From the human T2T-CHM13v2.0 reference genome, Homo sapiens: a DNA stretch of 64,000 nucleotides. Within the stretch, counting starts at the first letter, position 1; each line of letters starts with the position of its first letter. Below, piece by piece: positions 40,901-52,114 of this stretch. Where the stretch lies: the NCBI RefSeq assembly GCF_009914755.1, contig NC_060929.1; one strand, given 5' to 3'. Below the pieces are notes generated by a model. The model made no database searches. It saw only the letters and a program-made list of their open reading frames with translations, and was not told the DNA's origin. Both the position numbers and the translations under genes were made by a program.

Positions 40901-43900
40901 TAGACAGAGGAGATTTGAAACACTCTTTTTGTGCAACTGGCAAGTGGAGATTTCAAGCGCTTTGAGGTCAATGGCAGAAAAGGAAATATCTTCGTTTCAA
41001 AACTAGACAGAATCATTCCCACAAACTGCGTTGTGATGTGTTCGTTCAACTCACAGACTTTAACCTTTCTTTTCATAGAGCAGTTAGGAAACAGTCTGTT
41101 TGTAAATTCTGTAAGTGGATATTCTGACAACTTGTGGCCTTCGTTGGAAACGGGATTTCTTCATATTCTCCTAGACAGAAGAATTCTCAGAATCTTCCTT
41201 GTGTTGTGTGTATTCAACTCACAGAGTTGAACGATGGTTTACACAGAGCAGATTTGAAACACTCTTTTGGTGGAATTTGCAAGTGGAGATTTCAGCCGCT
41301 TTGAGGTCAATGGTAGAAAAGGAAATATCTTCGTATAAAAACTAGACAGAATGATTCTCAGAAACTCCTTTGTGATGTGTGTGTTCAACTCACAGAGTTT
41401 AACCTTTCTTTTCATAGAGCAGTTAGGAAACACTCTGTTTGTAAAGTCTGCAAGTGGATATTCAGACCTCTTTGAGGCCTTCTTTGGAAACGGGATTTTT
41501 CATATAAGGCTAGACAGAAGAATTCCCAGTAACTTCCTTGTGTTGTGTGTGTTCAACTCACAGAGTTGAACTTTCATTTACACAGAGCAGATTTGAAACA
41601 CTCTTTTTGTGGAATTTGCAAGTGGAGATTTCAAGCGCTTTGAGGCCAAAGGCAGAAAAGGAAATATCTTCGTATAAAAACTTGACAGAATCATTCTAAG
41701 AAACTGCTCTGTGATGTGTGTGTTCAACTCTCAGAGTTTAACTTTTCTTTTCCTTCAGCAGTTTGGAAACACTCTGTTTGTAAAGTCTGCACGTGGATAA
41801 TTTGACCACTTAGAGGCCTTCGTTGGAAACGGGTTTTTTCATGTAAGGCTAGACAGAAGAATTCTCAGTAACTTCCTTGTGTTGTGTGTATTCAACTCAC
41901 AGAGTTGACCGATCCTTTACACAGAGCAGACTTGTAACACTCTTTTTTTGTGGAATTTGCAAGTGGAGATTTCAGCCGCTTTGAAGTCAATGGTAAAAAA
42001 GGAAATATCTTCGTTTCAAAACTAGACAGAATCATTCCCACAAACTGCGTTGTGATGTGTTCGTTCAACTCACAGAGTTTAACCTTTCTTTTCATAGAGC
42101 AGTTAGGAAACAGTCTGTTTGTAAATTCTGTAAGTGGATATTCTGACATCTTGTGACCTTCGTTGGAAACGGGATTTCTTCATATTCTGCTAGACAGAAG
42201 AATTCTCAGAATCTTCCTTGTGTTGTGTGTATTCAACTCACAGAGTTGAACGATGGTTTACACAGAGCAGATTTGAAACACTCTTTTTGTGGAATTTGCA
42301 AGTGGAGATTTCAGCCGCTTTGAGGTCAATGGTAGAAAAGGAAATATCTTCCTATAAAAACTAGACAGAATGATTCTCAGAAACTTCTTTGTGATGTGTG
42401 CGTTCAACTCACAGAGTTTAACCTTTCTTTTCATAGAGCAGTTAGGAAACACTCTGTTTGTAAACTCTGCAAGTGGATATTCAGACGTCTTTGAGGCCTT
42501 CGTTGGAAACGGGATTTCTTCATACTGTGCTAGACAGAAGAATTCTCAGTAACTTCCTTGTGTTGTGTGTATTCAACTCACAGAGTTGAACGATCCTTTG
42601 CACAGAGCAGACTTGAAACACTCTTTTTGTGGAATTTGCAAGTGGAGATTTCAGCCGCGTTGAGGTCAACGGTAGAAAAGGAAATATCTTCGTATAAAAA
42701 CTAGACAGAATGATTCTCAGAAACTCCTTTGTGATGTGTGTGTTCAACTCACAGAGTTTAACCTTTCTTTTCATAGAGCAGTTAGGAAACACTCTGTTTG
42801 TAAAGTCTGCAATTGGATATTCAGACTTCTTTGAGGCCTTCGTTGGAAACGGGTTTTTTTCATATAAGGCTAGACAGAAGAATTCCCAGTAACTTCCTTG
42901 TGTTGTGTGTGTTCAACTCACAGAGTTGAACTTTCATTTACACAGAGCAGATTTGAAACACTCTTTTTGTGGAATTTGCAAGTGGAGATTTCAGCCGCTT
43001 TGAGGTCAATGGTAGAAAAGGAAATATCTTCGTATAAAAACTAGACAGAATGATTCTCAGAAACTTCTTTGTGATGTGTGCGTTCAACTCACAGAGTTTA
43101 ACCTTTCTTTTCATAGAGCAGTTAGGAAACACTCTGTTTGTAAACTCTGCAAGTGGATATTCAGACCTCTTTGAGGCCTTCGTTGGAAACGGGATTTCTT
43201 CATACTGTGCTAGACAGAAGAATTCTCAGTAACTTCCTTGTGTTGTGTGTATTCAACTCACACAGTTGAACGATCCTTTACACAGAGCAGACTTGTAACA
43301 CTCTTTTTGTGGAATTTGCAAGTGGAGATTTCAGCCGCTTTGAAGTCAATGGTAGAAAAGGAAATATCTTCCTATAAAAACTAGACAGAATGATTCTCAG
43401 AAACTCCTTTGTGATGTGTGTGTTCAACTCACAGAGTTTAACCTTTCTTTTCATAGAGCAGTTAGGAAACACTCTGTTTGTAAAGTCTGCAAGTGGATAT
43501 TCAGCCCTCTTTGAGGCCTTCGTTGGAAACGGGTTTTTTTCATATAAGGCTAGACAGAAGAATTCCCAGTAACTTCCTTGTGTTGTGTGTGTTCAACTCA
43601 CAGAGATGAACTCTCATTTACACAGAGCAGATTTGAAACTCTCTTTTTGTGTAATTTGCAAATGGAGATTTCAAGCGCTTTGAGGCCAAAGGCAGAAAAG
43701 GAAATATCTTCGTATAAAAACTAGACAGAATCATTCTCAGAAACAGCTCTGCGATGTGTGCGTTCAACTCTCAGAGTTTAACTTTTCTTTTCATTCAGCA
43801 GTTTGGAAACACTCTGTTTGTAAAGTCTGCACGTACATAATTTGACCACTTAGAGGCCTTCGTTGGAAACAGGTTTTTTTCAAGTAAGGCTAGACAGAAG

Positions 43901-45500
43901 AATTCTCAGTAACTTCCTTGTGTTGTGTGTATTCAACTCACACAGTTGAACGATCCTTTACACAGAGCAGACTTGTAACACTCTTTTTGTGGAATTTGCA
44001 AGTGGAGATTTCAGCCGCTTTGAAGTCAAAGGTAGAAAAGGAAATATCTTCCTATAAAAACTAGACAGAATGATTCTCAGAAACTCCTTTGTGATGTGTG
44101 CGTTCAACTCACAGAGTTTAACCTTTCTTTTCATAGAGCAGTTAGGAAACACTCTGTTTGTAAAGTCTGCAAGTGGATATTCAGACCTCTTTGAGGCCTT
44201 CGTTGGAAACGGGTTTTTTTCATATAAGGCTAGACAGAAGAATTCCCAGTAACTTCCTTGTGTTGTGTGTGTTCAACTCACAGAGTTGTACTTTCATTTA
44301 CACAGAGCAGATTTGAAACACTCTTTTTGTGGAATTTGCAAGTGGAGATTTCAAGCGCTTTGAGGCCAAAGGCAGAAAAGGAAATATCTTCGTATAAAAA
44401 CTAGACAGAATCATTCTCAGAAACTGCTCTGCGATGTGTGCGTTCAACTCTCAGAGTTTAACTTTTCTTTTCATTCAGCAGTTTGGAAACACTCTGTTTG
44501 TAAAGTCTGCACGTGGATAATTTGACCACTTAGAGGCCTTCGTTGGAAACGGGTTTTTTTCATGTAAGGCTAGACAGAAGAATTCTCAGTAACTTCCTTG
44601 TGTTATGTGTATTCAACTCACAGAGTTGACCGATCCTTTACACAGAGCAGACTTCTAACACTCTTTTTGTGGAATTTGCAAGTGGAGATTTCAGCCGCTT
44701 TGAAGTCAATGGTAGAAAAGGAAATATCTTCCTATAAAAACTAGACAGAATGATTCTCAGAAACTCCTTTGTGATGTGTGCGTTCAACTCACAGAGTTTA
44801 ACCTTTCTTTTCATAGAGCAGTTAGGAAACACTCTGTTTGTAAAGTCTGCAAGTGGATATTCAGACCTCTTTGAGGCCTTCGTTGGAAACGGGTTTTTTT
44901 CTTATAAGGCTAGACAGAAGAATTCCCAGTAACTTCCTTGTGTTGTGTGTGTTCAACTCACAGAGTTGAACTTTCATTTACACAGAGCAGATTTGAAACA
45001 CTCTTTTTGTGGAATTTGCAAGTGGAGATTTCAAGCGCTTTGAGGCCAAAGGCAGAAAAGGAAATACCTTCGTATAAAAACTAGACAGAATCATTCTCAG
45101 AAACTGCTCTGCGATGTGTGCGTTCAACTCTCAGAGTTTAACTTTTCTTTTCATTCAGCAGTTTGGAATCACTCTGTTTGTAAAGTCTGCACGTGGATAT
45201 TTTGACCACTTAGAGGCCTTCGTTGGAAACGGGTTTTTTTCCTGTAAGGCTAGACAGAAGAATTCCCAGTAACTTCCTTGCGTTGTGTACATTCAACTCA
45301 CAGAGTTGAACGTTCCCTTAGACAGAGCAGATTTGAAACACTCTTTTTGTGCAATTGGCAAGTGGAGATTTCAAGCGCTTTAAGGTCAATGGCAGAAAAG
45401 GAAATATCTTCGTTTCAAAACTAGACAGAATCATTGCCACAAACTGCGTTGTGATGTGTTCGTTCAACTCACAGAGTTTAACCTTTCTTTTCATAGAGCA
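31901..45500 (+). repeat. Macro-duplication copy 2 (~13.6 kb, with internal whole-dimer indels)
   Basis: Same marker order as 19.6-31.9 kb: GACAGCTT, ATTCCTAG, GACACAATTC, CTTTGTGGTC, TATGCAAC, CCATCG, TTAAAAAC, TTTGCACAG, CGTACATA, CTTCTAAC, ATTGCCAC. Confidence 0.85.
33085..34103 (+). repeat. 6-mer HOR variant (1019 bp): A, B/C-E hybrid, D'
   Basis: A-dimer landmarks at 33085 and 34104. The middle dimer starts B-like (GATGGTTT, AACTTCTTTG) and ends C/E-like (AAAGTCTGC, CATATAAGG). Confidence 0.8.
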
Positions 45501-48299
45501 GTTAGGAAACAGTCTGTTTGTAAATTCTGTAAGTGGATATTCTGACATCTTGTGACCTTCGTTGGAAACGGGATTTCTTCATATTCTGCTAGACAGAAGA
45601 ATTCTCAGAATCTTCCTTGTGTTGTGTGTATTCAACTCACAGAGTTGAACGATGGTTTACACACAGCAGATTTGAAATACTCTTTTTGTGGAATTTGCAA
45701 GTGGAGATTTCAGCCGCTTTGAGGTCAATGGTAGAAAAGGAAATATCTTCGTATAAAAACTAGACAGAATGATTCTCAGAAACTTCTTTGTGATATGTGC
45801 GTTCAACTCACAGAGTTTAACCTTTCTTTTCATAGAGCAGTTAGGAAACACTCTGTTTGTAAACTCTGCAAGTGGATACTCAGACCTCTTTGAGGCCTTC
45901 GTTGGAAACGGGATTTCTTCATACTGTGCTAGACAGAAGAATTCTCAGTAACTTCCTTGTGTTGTGTGTATTCAACTCACACAGTTGAACGATCCTTTAC
46001 ACAGAGCAGACTTGAACACTCTTTTTGAGGAATTTGCAACTGGAGATTTCAGCCGCGTTGAGGTCAATGGTAGAAAAGGAAATATCTTCGTATAAAAACT
46101 AGACAGAATGATTCTCAGAAACTCCTTTGTGATGTGTGTGTTCAACTCACAGAGTTTAACCTTTCTTTTCATAGAGCAGTTAGGAAACACTCTGTTTGTA
46201 AAGTCTGCAAGTGGATATTCAGACCTCTTTGAGGCCTTCGTTGGAAACGGGTTTTTTTCATATAAGGCTAGACAGAAGAATTCCCAGTAACTTCCTTGTG
46301 TTGTGTGTGTTCAACTCACAGAGTTGAACTTTCATTTACACAGAGCAGATTTGAAACACTCTTTTTGTGGAATTTGCAAGTGGAGATTTCAAGCGCTTTG
46401 AGGCCAAAGGCAGAAAAGGAAATATCTTCGTATAAAAACTAGACAGAATCATTCTAAGAAACTGCTCTGCGATGTGTGTGTTCAACTCTCAGAGTTTAAC
46501 TTTTCTTTTCCTTCAGCAGTTTGGAAACACTCTGTTTGTAAAGTCTGCACGTGGATAATTTGACCACTTAGAGGCCTTCGTTGGAAACGGGTTTTTTTCA
46601 TGTAAGGCTAGACAGAAGAATTCTCAGTAACTTCCTTGTGTTGTGTGTATTCAACTCACAGAGTTGACCGATCCTTTACACAGAGCAGACTTGTAACACT
46701 CTTTTTTTGTGGAATTTGCAAGTGGAGATTTCAGCCGCTTTGAAGTCAATGGTAAAAAAGGAAATATCTTCGTTTCAAAACTAGACAGAATCATTCCCAC
46801 AAACTGCGTTGTGATGTGTTCGTTCAACTCACAGAGTTTAACCTTTCTTTTCATAGAGCAGTTAGGAAACAGTCTGTTTGTAAATTCTGTAAGTGGATAT
46901 TCTGACATCTTGTGACCTTCTTTGGAAACGGGATTTCTTCATATTCTGCTAGACACAAGAATTCTCAGAATCTTCCTTGTGTTGTGTGTATTCAACTCAC
47001 AGAGTTGAACGATGGTTTACACAGAGCAGATTTGAAACACTCTTTTGGTGGAATTTGCAAGTGGAGATTTCAGCCGCTTTGAGGTCAATGGTAGAAAAGG
47101 AAATATCTTCGTATAAAAACTAGACAGAATGATTCTCAGAAACTTCTTTGTGATGTGTGCGTTCAACTCACAGAGTTTAACCTTTCTTTTCATAGAGCAG
47201 TTAGGAAACACTCTGTTTGTAAACTCTGCAAGTGGATATTCAGACCTCTTTGAGGCCTTCGTTGGAAACGGGATTTCTTCATACTGTGCTAGACAGAAGA
47301 ATTCTCAGTAACTTCCTTGTGTTGTGTGTATTCAACTCACAGAGTTGAACGATCCTTTACACAGAGCAGACTTGAAACACTCTTTTTGTGGAATTTGCAA
47401 GTGGAGATTTCAGCCGCGTTGAGGTCAATGGTAGAAAAGGAAATATCTTCGTATAAAAACTAGACAGAATGATTCTCAGAAACTCCTTTGTGATGTGTGT
47501 GTTCAACTCACAGAGTTTAACCTTTCTTTTCATAGAGCAGTTAGGAAACACTCTGTTTGTAAAGTCTGCAAGTGGATATTCAGACCTCTTTGAGGCCTTC
47601 GTTGGAAACGGGTTTTTTTCATATAAGGCTAGACAGAAGAATTCCCAGTAACTTCCTTGTGTTGTGTGTGTTCAACTCACAGAGTTGAACTTTCATTTAC
47701 ACAGAGCAGATTTGAAACACTCTTTTTGTGGAATTTGCAAGTGCAGATTTCAAGCGCTTTGAGGCCAAAGGCAGAAAAGGAAATATCTTCGTATAAAAAC
47801 TAGACAGAATCATTCTCAGAAACTGCTCTGCGATGTGTGCGTTCAACTCTCAGAGTTTAACTTTTCTTTTCCTTCAGCAGTTTGGAAACACTCTGTTTGT
47901 AAAGTCTGCACGTGGATAATTTGACCACTTAGAGGCCTTCGTTGGAAACGGGTTTTTTTCATGTAAGGCTAGACAGAAGAATTCTCAGTAACTTCCTTGT
48001 GTTGTGTGTATTCAACTCACAGAGTTGAACGATCCTTTACACAGAGCAGACTTGTAACACTCTTTTTGTGGAATTTGCAAGTGGAGATTTCAGCCGCTTT
48101 GAAGTCAAAGGTAGAAAAGGAAATATCTTCCTACAAAAACTAGACAGAATGATTCTCAGAAACTCCTTTCTGATGTGTGCGTTCAACTCACAGAGTTTAA
48201 CCTTTCTTTTCATAGAGCAGTTAGGAAACACTCTGTTTGTAAAGTCTGCAAGTGGATATTCAGACCTCTTTGAGGCCTTCGTTGGAAACGGGATTTCTT

Positions 48300-51200
48300 C
48301 ATATTCTGCTAGACAGAAGAATTCTCAGAATCTTCCTTGTGTTGTGTGTATTCAACTCACAGAGTTGAACGATGGTTTACACAGAGCAGATTTGAAACAC
48401 TCTTTTTGTGGAATTTGAAAGTGGAGATTTCAGCCGCTTTGAGGTCAATGGTAGAAAAGGAAATATCTTCGTATAAAAAGTAGACAGAATGATTCTCAGA
48501 AACTTCTTTGTGATGTGTGCGTTCAACTCACAGAGTTTAACCTTTCTTTTCATAGAGCAGTTAGGAAACACTCTGTTTGTAAACTCTGCAAGTGGATATT
48601 CAGACCTCTTTGAGGCCTTCGTTGGAAACGGGATTTCTTCATACTGTGCTAGACAGAAGAATTCTCAGTAACTTCCTTGTGTTGTGTGTATTCAACTCAG
48701 AGAGTTGAACGATCCTTTACACAGAGCAGACTTGTAACACTCTTTTTGTGGAATTTGCAAGTGGAGATTTCAGCCGCTTTGAAGTCAAAGGTAGAAAAGG
48801 AAATATCTTCCTATAAAAACTAGACAGAATGATTCTCAGAAACTCCTTTGTGATGTGTGCGTTCAACTCACAGAGTTTAACCTTTCTTTTCATAGAGCAG
48901 TTAGGAAACACTCTGTTTGTAAAGTCTGCAAGTGGATATTCAGACCTCTTTGAGGCCTTCGTTGGAAACGGGTTTTTTTCATATAAGGCTAGACAGAAGA
49001 ATTCCCAGTAACTTCCTTGTGTTGTGTGTGTTCAACTCACAGAGTTGAACTTTCATTTACACAGAGCAGATTTGAAACACTCTTTTTGTGGAATTTGCAA
49101 GTGGAGATTTCAAGCGCTTTGAGGCCAAAGGCAGAAAAGGAAATATCTTCGTATAAAAACTAGACAGAATCATTCTCAGAAACTGCTCTGCGATGTGTCC
49201 GTTCAACTCTCAGAGTTTAACTTTTCTTTTCATTCAGCAGTTTGGAAACACTCTGTTTGTAAAGTCTGCACGTGGATATTTTGACCACTTAGAGGCCTTC
49301 GTTGGAAACGGGTTTTTTTCCTGTAAGGCTAGACAGAAGAATTCCCAGTAACTTCCTTGTGTTGTGTACATTCAACTCACAGAGTTGAACTTTCCCTTAG
49401 ACAGAGCAGATTTGAAACACTCTTTTTGTGCAATTGGCAAGTGGAGATTTCAAGCGCTTTGAGGTCAATGGCAGAAAAGGAAATATCTTCGTTTCAAAAC
49501 TACACAGAATCATTCCCACAAACTGCGTTGTGATGTGTTCGTTCAACTCACAGAGTTTAACCTTTCTTTTCATAGAGCAGTTAGGAAACAGTCTGTTTGT
49601 AAATTCTGTAAGTGGATATTCTGACATCTTGTGGCCTTCGTTGGAAACGGGATTTCTTCATATTCTGCTAGACAGAAGAATTCTCAGAATCTTCCTTGTG
49701 TTGTGTGTATTCAACTCACAGAGTTGAACGATGGTTTACACAGAGCAGATTTGAAACACTCTTTTGGTTGAATTTGCAAGTGGAGATTTCAGCCGCTTTG
49801 AGGTCAATGGTAGAAAAGGAAATATCTTCGTATAAAAACTAGACAGAATGATTCTCAGAAACTTCTTTGTGATGTGTGCGTTCAACTCACAGAGTTTAAC
49901 CTTTCTTTTCATAGAGCAGTTAGGAAACACTGTGTTTTTAAACTGTGCAAGTGGATATTCAGACCTCTTTGAGGCCTTCGTTGGAAACGGGATTTCTTCA
50001 TACTGTGCTGGAGAGAAGAATTCTCAGTAACTTCCTTGTGTTGTGTGTTTTCAACTCAGAGAGTTGAACGATCCTTTACACAGAGCAGACTTGAAACACT
50101 CTTTTTGTGGAATTTGCAACTGGAGATTACAGCCGCGTTGATGTCAATGGTAGAAAAGGAAATATCTTCGTATAAAAACTGGACAGAATGATTCTCAGAA
50201 ACTCCTTTGTGATGTGTGTGTTCAACTCACAGAGTTTAACCTTTCTTTTCATAGAGCAGTTAGGAAACACTCTGTTTGTAAAGTCTGCAAGTGGATATTC
50301 AGACCTCTTTGAGGCCTTCGTTGGAAACGGGTTTTTTTCATATAAGGCTAGACAGAAGAATTCCCAGTAACTTCCTTGTGTTGTGTGTGTTCAACTCACA
50401 GAGTTGAACTTTCATTTACACAGAGCAGATTTGAAACACTCTTTTTGTGGAATTTGCAAGTGGAGATTTCAAGCGCTTTGAGGCCAAAGGCAGAAAAGGA
50501 AATATCTTCGTATAAAAACTAGACAGAATCATTCTCAGAAACTGCTCTGCGATGTGTGCGTTCAACTCTCAGAGTTTAACTTTTCTTTTCATTCAGCAGT
50601 TTGGAAACACTCTGTTTGTAAAGTCTGCACGTGGATATTTTGACCACTTAGAGGCCTTCGTTGGAAACGGGTTTTTTTCCTGTAAGGCTAGACAGAAGAA
50701 TTCCCAGTAACTTCCTTGTGTTGTGTACATTCAACTCACAGAGTTGAACGTTCCCTTAGACAGAGCAGATTTGAAACACTCTTTTTGTGCAATTGGCAAG
50801 TGGAGATTTCAAGCGCTTTAAGGTCAATGGCAGAAAAGGAAATATCTTCGTTTCAAAACTAGACAGAATCATTCCCACAAACTGCGTTGTGATGTGTTCG
50901 TTCAACTCACAGAGTTTAACCTTTCTTTTCATAGAGCAGTTAGGAAACAGTCTGTTTGTAAATTCTGTAAGTGGATATTCTGACATCTTGTGGCCTTCGT
51001 TGGAAACGGGATTTCTTCATATTCTGCTAGACAGAAGAATTCTCAGAATCTTCCTTGTGTTCTGTGTATTCAACTCACAGAGTTGAACGATGGTTTACAC
51101 AGAGCAGATTTGAAACACTCTTTTTGTGGAATTAGCAAGTGGAGATTTCAGCCGCTTTGAGGTCAATGGTAGAAAAGGAAATATCTTCGTATAAAAACTA

Positions 51201-51420
51201 GACAGAATGATTCTCAGAAACTTCTTTGTCATGTGTGCGTTCAACTCACAGAGTTTAACCTTTCTTTTCATAGAGCAGTTAGGAAACACTGTGTTTTTAA
51301 ACTGTGCAAGTGGATATTCAGACCTCTTTGAGGCCTTCGTTGGAAACGGGATTTCTTCATACTGTGCTAGACAGAAGAATTCTCAGTAACTTCCTTGTGT
51401 TGTGTGTATTCAACTCACAG
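48300..51420 (+). repeat. ~3.1-kb block duplicated at +6798 (copy 1)
   Basis: Private markers ATTTGAAAGTGG, AAAAAGTAGAC, GTGTCCGTT, TTGGTTGAA, GCTGGAGAG, GAGATTACAG and GTGTTCTGTG all recur 6798 bp downstream. Confidence 0.85.
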
Positions 51421-52114
51421 AGTTGAACGATCCTTTACACAGAGCAGACTTGAAACACTCTTTTTGTGGAATTTGCAAGTGGAGATTTCAGCCGCGTTGA
51501 GGTCAATGGTAGAAAAGGAAATATCTTCGTATAAAAACTAGACAGAATGATTCTCAGAAACTCCTTTGTGATGTGTGTGTTCAACTCACAGAGTTTAACC
51601 TTTCTTTTCATAGAGCAGTTAGGAAACACTCTGTTTGTAAAGTCTGCAAGTGGATATTCAGACCTCTTTGAGGCCTTCGTTGGAAACGGGTTTTTTTCAT
51701 ATAAGGCTAGACAGAAGAATTCCCAGTAACTTCCTTGTGTTGTGTGTGTTCAACTCACAGAGTTGAACTTTCATTTACACAGAGTAGATTTGAAACACTC
51801 TTTTTGTGGAATTTGCAAGTGGAGATTTCAAGCGCTTTGAGGCTAAAGGCAGAAAAGGAAATATCTTCGTATAAAAACTAGACAGAATCATTCTCAGAAA
51901 CTGCTCTGCGATGTGTGCGTTCAACTCTCAGAGTTTAACTTTTCTTTTCATTCAGCAGTTTGGAAACACTCTGTTTGTAAAGTCTGCACGTGGATATTTT
52001 GACCACTTAGAGGCCTTCGTTGGAAACGGGTTTTTTTCCTGTAAGGCTAGACAGAATAATTCCCAGTAACTTCCTTGTGTTGTGTACATTCAACTCACAG
52101 AGTTGAACGTTCCC
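49397..52114 (+). repeat. Two consecutive 8-mer HOR variants A-B-C-D' (1359 bp each)
   Basis: A-dimer landmarks at 49397, 50756 and 52115. The same 1359-bp spacing occurs at 56195, 57554 and 58913. Confidence 0.85.
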
